Origin: Octopus vulgaris
Lineage: Eukaryota
Length of the DNA stretch: 64,000 nucleotides
Direction of reading: 5' to 3'
Assembly (NCBI GenBank): GCA_951406725.2
Contig: OX597832.1
Span: 16,554,001 to 16,618,000 of the forward strand
Made by a program: the position numbers and the translations under genes. Each line of letters starts with the position of its first letter. Position 1 is the stretch's first letter. Below, piece after piece: positions 1-14,630 of the stretch. The notes beneath the pieces were generated by a model. It saw nothing but the letters and a program-made list of their open reading frames with translations, had not been told where the DNA came from and ran no database searches.

Positions 1-343
1 AACATTGAAACCAATGGGAATTAAACTTATAGAGATATATTACGTTATTCTTGGTCAATGCAATAATAACTAATTTTCCGATGATTATGTTTGTTTGTCA
101 CGGTTATTGGACCAACATTTGTTCTTGTATTTACCTTATATAAAACTAAATTAATGTGTACTCGTCTGTTGTAAAGATTTTTTCAATATGAATATGTGCT
201 CTGTAGGTTTTGCTTCGATTTCTTGAATTCTAAGTAAATATAGAGAAGATTTCTCATGTCCTTCTCGTGGTCAATACTCAATAACAGCAATGCTGTTTCG
301 TGATAAATTTACGTGAAAAGGGCTGAGTATGTATACTTATATA

Positions 344-568
344 TTTACTACCCACAAGGGGCTAAACACAGAGAGGACAAACAAGGACAGGTAAACGGAT
401 TAAGTCGATGATATCGACCCTAGTGCGTAACTGGTACTTAATATATCGTCCCCGAAAGGATGAAAGGCAAAGTCGACTTTGGCAGAATTTGAACTCTGAA
501 CGTAACTGCAGACGAAATACATGTTTAGCGGTATTTATAAGGCCGAGTTTCTGCCAGCTCGCAGCCTT
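344..568 (-). mobile_element. tRNA-derived SINE, family A, near full length
   Basis: Reverse complement aligns along its length with the + copy at 21317-21549 (head, B box GAGTTCAAATTC, core CCTTTCATCCTTTCGGGG..GATA..TTAAGTACCAG, tail TTGTCC..CTGTGTTTAGCCCCTTGTGGGTAGTAAA). Confidence 0.9.
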
Positions 569-674
569 ATAAATTTTCGACATGGTACGTCAGCGACACC
601 CGAAATCACAAACTTCTAAACCACAAACTAGCATTCTAATATTAACACTCACATCCACGCTCTGAATATGTGTA

Positions 675-856
675 CCTTTCGGCGTCGATTAAATAAGTAC
701 CAGTTACGCACTGGGGTCGATATAATCGTCTTAATCCGTTTGTCTGTCCTTGTTTGTCCTCTCTGTGTTTAGTCCCTTGTGGGTAGTAAAAAATAGGTAT
801 TTTGCCTATCTTTACCTTCTGAGTTAAAATTCCGCCGAGGTCAACTTTGCCTTGCA
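675..856 (+). mobile_element. SINE family A: 3' half plus start of a second tandem unit
   Basis: CCTTTCGGCGTCGATTAAATAAGTACCAG...GTGGGTAGTAAA, then restarts at GGTATTT...GAGTTAAAATTCCGCCGAGGTCAACTTTGCC. Confidence 0.85.
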
Positions 857-1779
857 CACTATCATCAATCAATACTGATCGTATATGAGACGGAAGACCA
901 CTAACGAAATATTATTTTAGAGCATAACGTGTGCATTGCATAATATTCCTAATTCCTATTACTCCTTGGCGCATATAAATAAGAGGAACAGACAAGAATT
1001 ATGCAGGTACATCATGCATTTAGAAGACGATACAAATCTTGATATATAATACCAGAAATTTGATTGATCACCGCCGAATAGAAAATCTCTGGTGCATATA
1101 AAAGGGAAAGAATAATCATTCTGGAAAATTCTCCAAAATAGAAATCCAGAAAATACCAGGTAACTAAAATATACCACAACACCTTGATTTATACTTTGTA
1201 AAGCATGGGGGCTTTCACGTTGGATTAAATGCATAGCATATAACAATTACATAGTTTTGGGGGAGTACAAAGCTATTTTATTCGACGCTACGGTTTTGGT
1301 ATATCGTAGCTAAGTGTTTCGATATTGCAAAAGGAAGTCGGCGTCTGCTAATTAAAGAGTATAAAAGTCCGAAACGGAAATATGTTACCTAAAGGATATA
1401 TTCAATATGCAAATTGTCATGATTAAAATTTAGGAATACAAGGCATATCACGAGGAAAAACAATGATGATATTTCTAATGAATATATCAACGATTCTCTT
1501 AGGAAACGCACAAAAATAGACGGAAAGGAAAATTTGGATGATTGACAGAGTTGACAGGCCAAAATTAAAATGAAAGAAAATGCTACGGCTTAGATGCCTG
1601 GATTTCTTGCCATTTACAGGAAGTGTTTCTACTGTACTAATGCTTTTGAGAGGCTTAATGTCGCATATACGTTAACACCTGAGGAGTTTTTCTCAATCAT
1701 TTTTTTTAAAGGAGTGCGTCCTATGATATGAAAAACAGTAATTCAGCGACAAAAAGCTTTAAGATATTACCACTCGGGT

Positions 1780-2170
1780 AATGCATGATGCCGGAATGTC
1801 TTCGCTTCCTATTCAAGCAGATATAACGATTTTAGGAACCGCATCAACCATTATATTTCATCAAAAGGGCGCAGCTCTTTTTCTGTTTTATTTTGTTCAT
1901 CGTACCATTTACGCCATTGATAATATCATGCCATACATATATACGATGTTGTTCTTTTTTTTGTATTTTAAGTTCATCTTATTTCCAGTGAAGCCCTCGT
2001 GGTAAAGATATTTCAATATCACCTTCACAGTCGCATCACCTCTTTCTAATCTGCAAAAGTTTTCCAAGTCAGAATAGAAATACTATTCGAAATAAAAACA
2101 CCTGCATTTTCTTGTCACTACATCCATTTGGTGAATATCGCTTGAGGCGATGTGTTGCTGATTTCGTTCT
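1780..2170 (-). pseudogene. possible hAT (Tip100-like) transposase relic
   Basis: Frameshifted minus-strand translation (SDIHQMDVVTRK..LENFCRLERGDATVKVILKYL..ICMA*Y..NGVNGTMNKIKQKRAAPF..MVDAVPKIV) loosely follows the hAT order D.S..EQ.V..R / FL.F / C..Q.YDG..MSG..GV..KIK. Confidence 0.35.
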
Positions 2171-2628
2171 ATTTTTCTTTACTCTGTATCTCTTGTTCGT
2201 GTGATATATTTGGGTTTTAACACTTTCTATTGTATTCGAAGCACAGAATATGTTCTGCAAATATGAAAATATCTTATTTTACTTTCGAGCAATTTTTGAT
2301 GACTTCTGCCTATAGATGTGCGTAGATATTGTACATACATATTATATAAATATGAACAACTACATAAACGCGCGTGCACCACACACACACACACACACAC
2401 ACACACAGATACATACACACACTATCATATGAATATGTATGAATACATTTATGCTGTGTGAATGTAGGCAAATTAAAAATATATGGACGAATATTTCACA
2501 ATATTTCGGAAAAATCCTGCGCTATGCTATTGGAGAGAGAGTGAGAGATAAAAACAAGCAAACTGATAATCATATCTGGAGCTATACAAGAATATACTCA
2601 TCAATCTATTGTTTCTATGTCTCCTTTA

Positions 2629-2830
<202 letters not shown>

Positions 2831-3177
2831 CGTGTCAGAAAAGCCCCATAAATAGTGCAATGGAATTGAAGGAAGACGTTAAAATGTTCCTCCTGCGATT
2901 TTTTTTTTTCAACAGGGAGCTATTTTTAGGAGAGATAAAGATATTAAAGCACTTTTCTTCTGTTTTTACACATAACCTGCGCATATGCTGGCAGCGAATG
3001 CGGTACAAAGTTAAATTGCTATAGAGCTGTCTGTAAGTTTTGTATACCTTTCGCTAGTGGAAGCAAAAAGACTTCTTTAAAGTTCGATTCTTTGGGACGA
3101 GTCATATGTAAGTATTTAAAAATAGCTAGAACGACAATGCTTTGTGATGTTTTGCAGCTATAACACATAAATAGGCC

Positions 3178-3178
3178 T

Positions 3179-3236
<58 letters not shown>

Positions 3237-3330
3237 TGATATATACATACATACTTACATAGATACATAAATGCGTACATACATTGAGAGACAGACAGAC
3301 AGACAGATAGATAGATAGATAGAGATAGCT

Positions 3331-3390
<60 letters not shown>

Positions 3391-3431
3391 GTAGATACGT
3401 AGATAGATAGATACGTAGGTAGATAGATACG

Positions 3432-3473
<42 letters not shown>

Positions 3474-3505
3474 TATAAGTAGATACATAGATAGACTAAC
3501 AGACT

Positions 3506-3589
<84 letters not shown>

Positions 3590-3590
3590 T
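3178..3590. repeat. (GATA)n tetranucleotide array
   Basis: Seen directly; interrupted by GACA/GTAC variants. Confidence 0.95.
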
Positions 3591-4171
3591 GTTTCTTTAT
3601 TAGCCACACAGGGCTGCACACAGATAGAACAAATTACAAGGCAGAGCTTTTCTTTTGAAGGTTTAAAAAAATAGGAAGGGAGAGTTTCGATCAAAAGGGA
3701 TCGAAAAAGGAGAGAAAGAGGACAAAAAAAGGGGGGTTAAAAAAAGGGGGAGAGGAAAAAAAAATGATCAATAGGGATCGTTATCACAGAAATGTCAATA
3801 TGAAGTGTAAAGGGGAGGACAGGTGAGGTTTACCCGTGGAAAGAAAAGCCTACGGAAAAGATCACGGTAACCTCGGTCAATATTGTTACATGTTATATTT
3901 CTTTTTTTTTTGCAAATAAGCAACTCTCTGTTTTCAATTTCTGGGTTCATAGGATTATGCTCAAGGTGGCTTCGTCATTCATACGTGCCATTCTTGCTAC
4001 ATTCACCCATCTTTTTTTAAAACATTCGCTAGACAAAACTTGCCTCTCTACTCTCACTTTCCTTTTCAAGTGGTACTTGAAGAAGTTGATGAGAGATTGA
4101 CCAGAGAGGAAAGTGTTTGTCTCCAATCCTTTCAGACGCGTCCACCAGATACATTCTTTCGCCATAGCCAC
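3589..4171 (-). mobile_element. 5'-truncated L1/Tx1-clade LINE: ORF2 C-terminus (4171-3947) and 3' UTR
   Basis: Clean peptide VAMAKECIWWTRLKGLETNTFLSGQSLINFFKYHLKRKVRVERQVLSSECFKKRWVNV..* has the Tx1/L1 C-terminal AK..IW..R...F..RW pattern; the 3' UTR ends AATAAAGAAACAT and runs into (TCTA)n. Confidence 0.75.
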
Positions 4172-4183
4172 AGACTGATATAT

Positions 4184-4258
4184 ATGTTTCTTTATTAGCC
4201 ACACAGGGCTGCACACATATAGAACAAATTACAAGGTAGAGCTTTTCTTTTGGGGAGA
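4184..4258 (-). mobile_element. second, very short 3' end of the same Tx1-type LINE
   Basis: About 68 bp near-identical to 3589-3657 (ATGTTTCTTTATTAGCCACACAGGGCTGCACACA..GAGCTTTTCTTTTG), followed by (GATA)n. Confidence 0.85.
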
Positions 4259-4619
4259 TAGATAGATAGATAGATAGATAGATACATAGATACATAGATA
4301 GTTATACAGACAAGCAGGTACATAATTACATGCATACATACCTACATGCATGCATACATACATATATACATACATACATACAAGCAAACATAGACAAATA
4401 GAAAAATAGATTCATAGGCACATAGTTTGAGAGATAGGTATATGGAGAGTTTGATTTGATATTTAATAGATTTCCTCGTATAGTATGCAAATCAGTTGCT
4501 CCAGTTAACTGTATCTAAAGGATTTGATGTGTATTGGTGCGGATTGATTGATTGCTGCTCTGTGATTGGCGAAATGTTTACATGAACAAAAGCAAATCAT
4601 ATATATAAAATATAAACGT

Positions 4620-5010
<391 letters not shown>

Positions 5011-5104
5011 ATAATAGAGTATATACATAAACACATGCATGTACGTAGATAGACACGTGTTTATCAATGTGTATGTATGTGTAGTCATGCGCACCTACAT
5101 TCAT

Positions 5105-5240
5105 GACTTTGCCTTTCATCCTTTCGGGGGTCGATAAATAAAGTATCAGTTATGCATTGGAGTCGATGTAATCGACTTAATCCGTTTGTCTGTCCTTGTT
5201 TGTCCTCTCTGTCTTTACCCCCCTGTGGGTAGCAAAGATA
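5105..5240 (+). mobile_element. SINE family A, 5'-truncated
   Basis: GACTTTGCCTTTCATCCTTTCGGGGGTCGATAAA...TGTGGGTAGCAAAGA. Confidence 0.9.
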
Positions 5241-5296
5241 TTTATATATACGTGCGTGTGACCGCACACAATTATATATATATATATATATGTATA

Positions 5297-5345
<49 letters not shown>

Positions 5346-5362
5346 TCTCTCTCTCTCTCTCT

Positions 5363-5394
<32 letters not shown>

Positions 5395-5814
5395 ATAAAT
5401 ACACGCGCACACATACACGCATACACACTGACAAACACACACACACACATACATGCATATATATATATGATTGTATGTATTTGTATATTATTATTTAACA
5501 CATGAAAAATACCCTACTATTCACAAAGTATCAGAACACAATGGCGTCAACATAATCAGATTTCAAGATGCTTTGGGAGATTGAACCCACGTTTCTTCCG
5601 ACAGCCATTAGGATATGTGACAAGCAGTGACAGAGAAACAATATACGATTTTGTACATACGCACGCTCGCATGGGCTCGCACAGCCGCGCATACGATAAT
5701 TCATACATATATACATATACACATACGTATATCCTTCTATATATGCCAGACAATTCTTTCCTTTGCTAATCTCAAAGCGTACGCATGCAGGAGTATGTAT
5801 AGGTGTGTCTGTTT

Positions 5815-6415
<601 letters not shown>

Positions 6416-7564
6416 GTGCGTGTGTGTGTGAGCGTCAATGTAAATGTGTGACAGGAGAAAATGTATTTTGTTGCTGAATGTTTTCAATTTCAATATAGAT
6501 CACTTTCTTGAGGCTTAGTTCACACTGAGATCCGACTTAGAGAGATTTGACAAAAAACAAAATATATATGAATAGACATTGATACTGAATATGATTTGGG
6601 AGGAAGTGTTCATCATGAAACGAAAGGTCTTGTGAAATACAATAACAGAATTCTTTTAAAAAATTATACCGTGAGTTGGATATAATCAAATCAAATACTT
6701 GAGCTAAAGAGAGAAGTGCAGTTTATTGTGTGAGGCAGAGAAGGAGTAATACAGTGATGGAGAGACAGTTGTAAATCATGAAAGAAATATTAAATGGAAG
6801 ATGAAATAATGGAAATAATGAGTGAAATTCATGCATGAATGCGAATGGACGTGTAGAGAAAATGTGAGATTATAGCGGTGCGTAGAGGCTTCATGATATA
6901 AAATAACGATGCGAAGAAACAATCAAGTGAGGAATACAAACGAAGAGTGAAGAAGTCAGAGGTATTGTGACGCAGAGGAATACAGTAATAGAGTTAGAGA
7001 GAGGGAGAGAAAATGAGAGGATCGGAGAGGGATACAAACGCTAAGTGAGAGATGGAAGTGTGAAATGCAGAAAATGCTGTATATGTAGAAAAAAGATGAA
7101 TAATTAAAATATATATTTAGAATTATGAATAGGAAGTCCTTCAAATACACAATCAAACGTACGAATATACACGCATAGTATACACGCACAAATATATAGA
7201 ATATTAGAGACTGTGTTAAATATTTAGAAGAAACAGGGATATCTGTTGACATATATGCCTGTGCGTGCTTGTGTGTATGGATGTATCCATGTATGTATAT
7301 ATAAAAATTGATATATGTATGTGTGTGTATAGGCATTTACATAAAGGTAGATAAATGAATAGCTAGATAGATACATGCGTACATACATACACATATATAT
7401 ATATATTTACATACATGCATACATATATACATGCATAACAAGTGAAATACGTACGGACAAATTCACAAATGGTTATATATCAATATCTTTTGATAAGCAC
7501 ATTTTCCGATTTCGATATCTCTACAGAGCAACTTGTGTTATAGCTGCCTTTATTGGATCCAGCA

Positions 7565-7612
7565 ACTTACCTGGCAGGTAAAGTAATTGAAAAGATATCC
7601 ACATTAGTACAC
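7565..7612 (-). promoter_or_regulatory. candidate recursive splice site (3' splice site abutting a 5' splice site, junction 7571/7570)
   Basis: Minus strand reads TACTAAT-GTGGATATCTTTTCAATTACTTTACCTGCCAG|GTAAGT: branch-like motif about 33 nt upstream, no intervening AG, pyrimidine tract, perfect donor. Confidence 0.4.
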
Positions 7613-8079
7613 ATAGTCACATTATCGTATACACTAACATCATTCACCCAATATATTACATTGCGGGAAAAGCATCATGCATTTATGAACATCGGTGTAT
7701 GTTAGAACTGAATTCAAAATGAAATAAATTCTCGTTCGTTGAAATCTTTGCTCCTTAAAATTAAATTGGGTGCATGGCATTCCCAGGAACGAATAAAACA
7801 ACACACATATTGATAAAAAAGATTGTTTTCGTTCTGCAGGAAAGAACGAAATTGCGAGGATGTACAGTATACACTCACAAGCTCTCCCACTCATGATAAT
7901 CATTACGATATCGTGATGCAGAATACAGCATAGTACGCCTACTTTTTTAACGTTACGGCTATAACACAGAAAATCAAGATCACATCCAGACGTTCACATC
8001 CATGTCAAATGTCTGGCCATGAAACACTGACCTGATCAGCTTTCAGCATTTGTTCCATAGACATGCTCCTCTCCCCTTC

Positions 8080-8122
<43 letters not shown>

Positions 8123-9524
8123 GATTGTGCATTTTTTACCATTATTATAATGGTATCTATTACTGGAACCTAACTAGTATAAGTCAACTACCATTCAGTT
8201 AAAGCAAATCACAAATCGCTCCTTCAATTATCACGCACCCCACGATACCAACAAAATCGCTACACACTAAGCATTGTACCTATATATATATATATTTTAC
8301 TTCCGTCTTGTGTTTCCACGTCTCTATATTTTTTCTGCATGCAGTACAAGTAACTGAACAATATTTGCATCAACGTGAAAACATCACCGCTCCGAGAGGG
8401 TCTCTTATTGATGGTCATTACCACATCCTACATATTAAGAAGATAAATTATAACACAACGTATATTGCATTACTAAAAGACGTTGGTTTATAATATGGCT
8501 GCGCTACCACTGTATAAATTTCCCCTTCCAATAGCAAATTGCATCACATATAACTGGCGGAATCATCGCTTGATCTCACCTTCATCCAGTTCATGGCATA
8601 AATCATCTGCTGACAGAGAACAGCAAATTAGATTTCTGAAGCCGAAACAAGAGGGAACTCTTCCGTAATGTAAAGATGACTCTTGCAATCCTATGCGATA
8701 ATACACTTACATAATTAAAACTGCATGTTTCAAGGGAGCATGTAGATCAGTCATCCCACATCAGGTATACTAACACTTTGTAAGCCTAATTTTTGCAAAT
8801 CCCTATGGAAATCTATCGAGAAAGAAGGATGTAAGATAATTCAAATAAAACGTTTTCTGTGAAAGAAAACGAAATAAAACGAAGAATTTACGTCCATGAG
8901 GCAAACTTTATGCATTGAACATGTCACAATGAAAAGTTTCGATCACGTTCAAAGAAAATATGCAACAGAACAGGAGAATTCTTGCGGGTAAATTATGGTC
9001 TCAAGTGGTTTAAATAACACATATCTGAAAATAAATAGAAACCAGTGAAAATCTGGCTCATAAACATTCCTAATAAAACATACAACTTGAATGCAAACGA
9101 TGAAGAACAAGGAAGAGAATCTGGATTGTAAAATATACACAATTTAATCCAAAAGTTTTCTGCTATTTTGGAAATGTGACTGAGTCGGTACATGAAAATA
9201 TAAAAGCATTATTCAAACATATCGACCATCAAAGCATATTCTCCGAAACGTGGGCGTCATACACTTGTAGGAGTAGAGATGCATGTTCACAACTTTGCTG
9301 ATACATAAAAGGAAGCCGAGCTAGTAGACTCTTTAAACACAATAGCTTTGCTTTATTCTAAGGATTTCTCACGTTACATTTGATCATATTAAATGGAATA
9401 ATCTTCAAAACTCTACAGGATTTAGTTCAATAAACAGATTATTGGAAATCAATCTTGGATGCGTTGTCATAGCAATAATCAGCTGTCACGTAACAGGTAT
9501 TAACATTATTGCTTTAATAAATGT

Positions 9525-9738
9525 TGGCTTCAGGTTTTGGCACAAGGCTAGCAGATTTAGGATAGGGGTTAAGTTGATTAACTCGTCTACAGTTTTCAAC
9601 AAGCACTTATTTTATCCACCCCGAAGAGTAAAAATCAACATCGACCCCGACGAAATTTGAGCTCAAAACGCGAAAACGGCCGAAATGCCGCTAAGAATTT
9701 TGCCATGATGGCTAACAATTCCGCCATCCCACCGCTTT
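9525..9738 (-). mobile_element. SINE family A, decayed, alternative tail
   Basis: CACTTATTTTATCCACCCCGAAGAG..TCGACCCCGACGAAATTTGAGCTC..GAAATGCCGCTAAG; tail GGCACAAGG as at 18337. Confidence 0.75.
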
Positions 9739-11237
9739 CATGACTTAAATAAAAGTTAGACAAGCAAAGTTAGTGCTGGCTTATAGCTATGTTGTTAAAC
9801 AAGTTTAGTGCAATATATTTTTCTATAACCCTGTATCAATTAAAGTATTTCTGTCTGTTTATATATGTTCAGATAAGTATAAAACAATTTGAAAGTAAAT
9901 TTACGAGCAGATATATTGCCATTAGAAATGATTTGTAATCTAGTTTCTTGAGAACACTGTTTCCACGTTTTTAGAAGGGCAATACTTAAGTAAGAAGAAA
10001 TTAATGAGAGCAAACGGTTCGCAATATATAGAGATGGGAAGAGAGCGATGTAGTAATTGAGCGAACGTGCAAAACAGAGAGTGAAGGTAGAAAGAGATAT
10101 AACTCAAAGCACCGAAAACAACGGAGAAAATATAGAAAAAGGAAAACAATCTTATATATCAGTAAATGGAGATAACTGAAATTAGCGTCATACATAATAT
10201 GGCAACGATAGGAAATATAGCTGTGGTTTTCTATCAGAAGAAATGTCAGTAATCCATAATCTGTTAACTACATGCATTTAAGGCCTTAAGAATGATGATA
10301 ATCATTAATATATGAAAAATGAAGTTAACTCTTATTCATATCATGTACACTTCGTACGATTTCACAGAAAAAAAAAGCATTAAATGGAATAAAATTTATT
10401 CCTGTTAGCAATAAATTAAAACAATACCCAATATGTAGAATTGCGATTTTCGGGATATACTAGAGGATAGCAAAAAACGGTAGACTCAATTTGATATCAA
10501 TGGTTCAGTTTTTTTAATATCATGAGTATTAGAAGTTACATTTAATTGCCGAAGAACCAATTTTAACTTAAGGACATATACGGCTTAGGTTAGGAATAAT
10601 TCCGCACGCTTCAAAACCGCAGGGAGCTTAAATACGAGGCAAATGTCTTCAATTGCCTCGGGAATTGGAGTCGTACTAATGAATTGAAAGGGAGAAAATT
10701 CATCCATTCAATTGACGACACGTAAAGACCGAAAATGAATAATTAATTTTTCCCACACAGGCACACACTGACACGCGCACTTGAAAGCACGCACATATAC
10801 GCACGAATATATTTGCAGTGTGACCAATATAGTAATCTAAAATAATTAGCAAACGAGCGAGTTACATGACTGTCGTCCTGCATCTAGAAGCAGAGAGATG
10901 GAAACACATCACAGTGAGTTATATAGAAAAATATGAAATGTGAGAGACGATGCAGAATATATAATGATATCTTTATACCAATTACTTCCTGAAACATATT
11001 CCCAAATCTATGAAGCACCTCAGATAATCCAGGCATAAATGTTCAAACCAAATTTTCGGGCATTAGTTCGAATATTCTCTATTTCCTTACATTCAATGTT
11101 GAAATCAGTTACAGTTAGTAACAAAACCAGAATACAATAACGCATATGGAATACAGAACATATATTATTTTCTACGTATAATTTCGTCACATAGTGAAAG
11201 TACACACACATATATACACACAAATTCATACATACTT

Positions 11238-11785
<548 letters not shown>

Positions 11786-12169
11786 GTCGATAAAGGTATA
11801 TCCCTTCGTGGCAATGTGTGTGTATGTGTGTGGCGGGATTGTGGGTATTTGTGTGTCTGTGAATGTGTGTGTGTGTGTATACGTGTGTAGGGGTGCTATT
11901 GTGTACCTCATTTTTGCCAGCAGGTGTGAGTGTGTTCGCAGCTACCCATTATATTTGACTTTACAACAGCTCTGATATCTTGTAATTCACACACATACAT
12001 AGAATCACGCGCGTTCGTAGCTATATGTATTTATAAATATATATGTGTGTATGAGTGTGTTTGTGTCTGTGTGTGTTAGTAAAATATTTACACAGACTGG
12101 CTTATAAAAACATACGTGAACATATTGTACACATCCCTATCATTATGAAAATGTGTGTATGATTGTAAA

Positions 12170-12261
12170 TATATATATATATATATTTACACGCATACAG
12201 AAAAACACACACATATATTCATATAAGTAAGTATGCATATGTATAAATAGATATATGAATT

Positions 12262-12293
<32 letters not shown>

Positions 12294-12413
12294 CATATGT
12301 TTTTATATATGTATATACGGATATATATATATGTATATACATATATATATATGCATATACGGATATATATATATGTATATACATAAATTTTTATATATAT
12401 GATGTATACATAT

Positions 12414-12448
<35 letters not shown>

Positions 12449-12458
12449 CATATATATA

Positions 12459-12489
<31 letters not shown>

Positions 12490-12507
12490 CATATGAATAA
12501 ATAAATA

Positions 12508-12590
<83 letters not shown>

Positions 12591-12774
12591 CATACATACA
12601 TAGAAGCATTTATATCTAGATATAAAAAGCGTAATCTTTTGAACACACCCTTATAAATACATACTTAGACACACACTGCCAGATATTGGCACAATCTTAG
12701 CACTCTCTACACATGCTATACGTGTATTTACACAGAGTTGTATATGTATATACATGTGCACGAATGTGTTTGTT

Positions 12775-12827
<53 letters not shown>

Positions 12828-12835
12828 ATAGTATA

Positions 12836-12871
<36 letters not shown>

Positions 12872-12880
12872 CATATATGT
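12170..12880. repeat. compound TA-rich microsatellite cluster
   Basis: Seen directly. Confidence 0.9.
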
Positions 12881-13389
12881 GCGTGTGTGTTTTCGATTTT
12901 GTATGTACGTCTCTGTGCATATATTTCCATGTGTATCTATCAGCGAGAAAATAGATGTATCAAGCTAGAAACTCCTACATTAAAAAAAAAAAAAACTCCC
13001 ATCAAGATTATATATTAATCAATAAATGTCTGTAAATGATGAATAATCAGATAGCGAAAAATGAATGATTAGACACGAGATATCTGAAAACTAAACTCTA
13101 ATACAAGACGATACTTGACTTTATCTTATTTCGCTTTCTTTGCCTTACTTCCTAGATCTATATCTATTTCTCTGTTAAATCTGACGTTCCTGCAAACCAT
13201 TATCTTCTTTAGTGTTATAGATTTCTTCATATCAATGTCTTCTTTCATAAAGGTTTTTATTTATTTTTTTTTATTATATATATATTCTTTTTTTTTCTTC
13301 TACATACAAACAATACTTTATCTCATGCTATACTACTATGTCATTTTTAAATGTTTGAATGTACTTGTTGGTTTCTGTATGAATATATG

Positions 13390-13392
<3 letters not shown>

Positions 13393-13483
<91 letters not shown>

Positions 13484-13597
13484 TAAATACATATGTTCGT
13501 ATATAGGCTTACAAGCTTTCCTATGTAGACGTATATGCATATCCAAATATTGATCTCTATGTATTCGTGTATATATATATATATATATACATACATT

Positions 13598-13653
<56 letters not shown>

Positions 13654-13905
13654 TATACATATATATATATACATATGTATATATATACATACATATAAAG
13701 CGTGCAGGAGTGTGAGTGTATATGCGTACATATATATGTGTAAACATAAATATTCGCATATACAAACGTACATGTACATAAACCCATATATATATATATA
13801 TATATTTGCATATATATACACACACACATATATATATATATATATACATATATGTATGTTTGTATGTATGTATGCATGCATGTGTATATATATATATATA
13901 TATAA
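13393..13905. repeat. compound TA-rich microsatellite cluster
   Basis: Seen directly. Confidence 0.9.
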
Positions 13906-14394
13906 AACTCCAAGTGCATTAAAATGAATATGTACATACATGAGTTATAAATGCTTATGCCTACAGCTTAGGTGTCTGGGAATGTGTGTATGTACGTGTG
14001 TACACGAGTTTCTTTCTCTGTTATTTCATGCTGTGTCAGCTTTTCACTTCAGCAATCTCACTGCCATAATCATATATATTTGCAGAAGATGCAGAGAGCA
14101 TACGCGTTTTATAACTTGTTGAAAGAGAGGAAATGTGTTATGTGTATGAAATAGCTATCGGACTGTCAGTTTGGCACGAATCTGTATAAAGATGTATCGT
14201 TTGTAAGGAATTAGTAAGTATTTACTTTTGTTGTTGCCAAGTAATACGATAGCGAAGTAGCTATGCTAGAAACGTATTGCCGAATCGTTCTTCTGAACGT
14301 GGTTGTGTTCATCAGTGTGAGGTGATCCATATCAATAAAGTTTGCGTACATGATATGCCAACGCTGTTATTCCCATCCATAATATATAGCAACG

Positions 14395-14630
14395 TCTCAA
14401 TCCATCATGGAAGGCAAAAGAAATTGTTATGTGTTCTACGTAAACGGATATATCCGAAAATGTATTTCAGTCTTATTACATGGGGTTTATTGTCAAAAAG
14501 ACCTTAGTTAAATTTGTTGGCAAGACGAAAACATTGAACATTATATATTGAGTGCGATATCCGAGTGACTTGCGTATGAAATATGGTTTTACTAATTCCA
14601 ACTCTAAATATTACTACACACGTTTTAAAC
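14395..14630 (+). pseudogene. piggyBac-like transposase relic
   Basis: Translates TDISENVFQSYYMGFIVKKTLVKFVGKTKTLNIIY*..MKYGFTNSNSKYY, resembling the piggyBac motif FQ.YY.P...SVDE.LV.F.GR....Y...K...G.K.....DS...Y. Confidence 0.45.

Noticed and set aside
1700-1741. GTGCGTCCTATGATATGAAAAACAGTA, like a pogo/Tigger right end
   Set aside because: No matching left TIR or transposase motif could be found.
7565-7578. ACTTACCTGGCAGG, identical to the 5' end of U1 snRNA
   Set aside because: The match stops after 14 nt with no U1 stem-loops or Sm site. It is better explained as the complement of a consensus splice donor.
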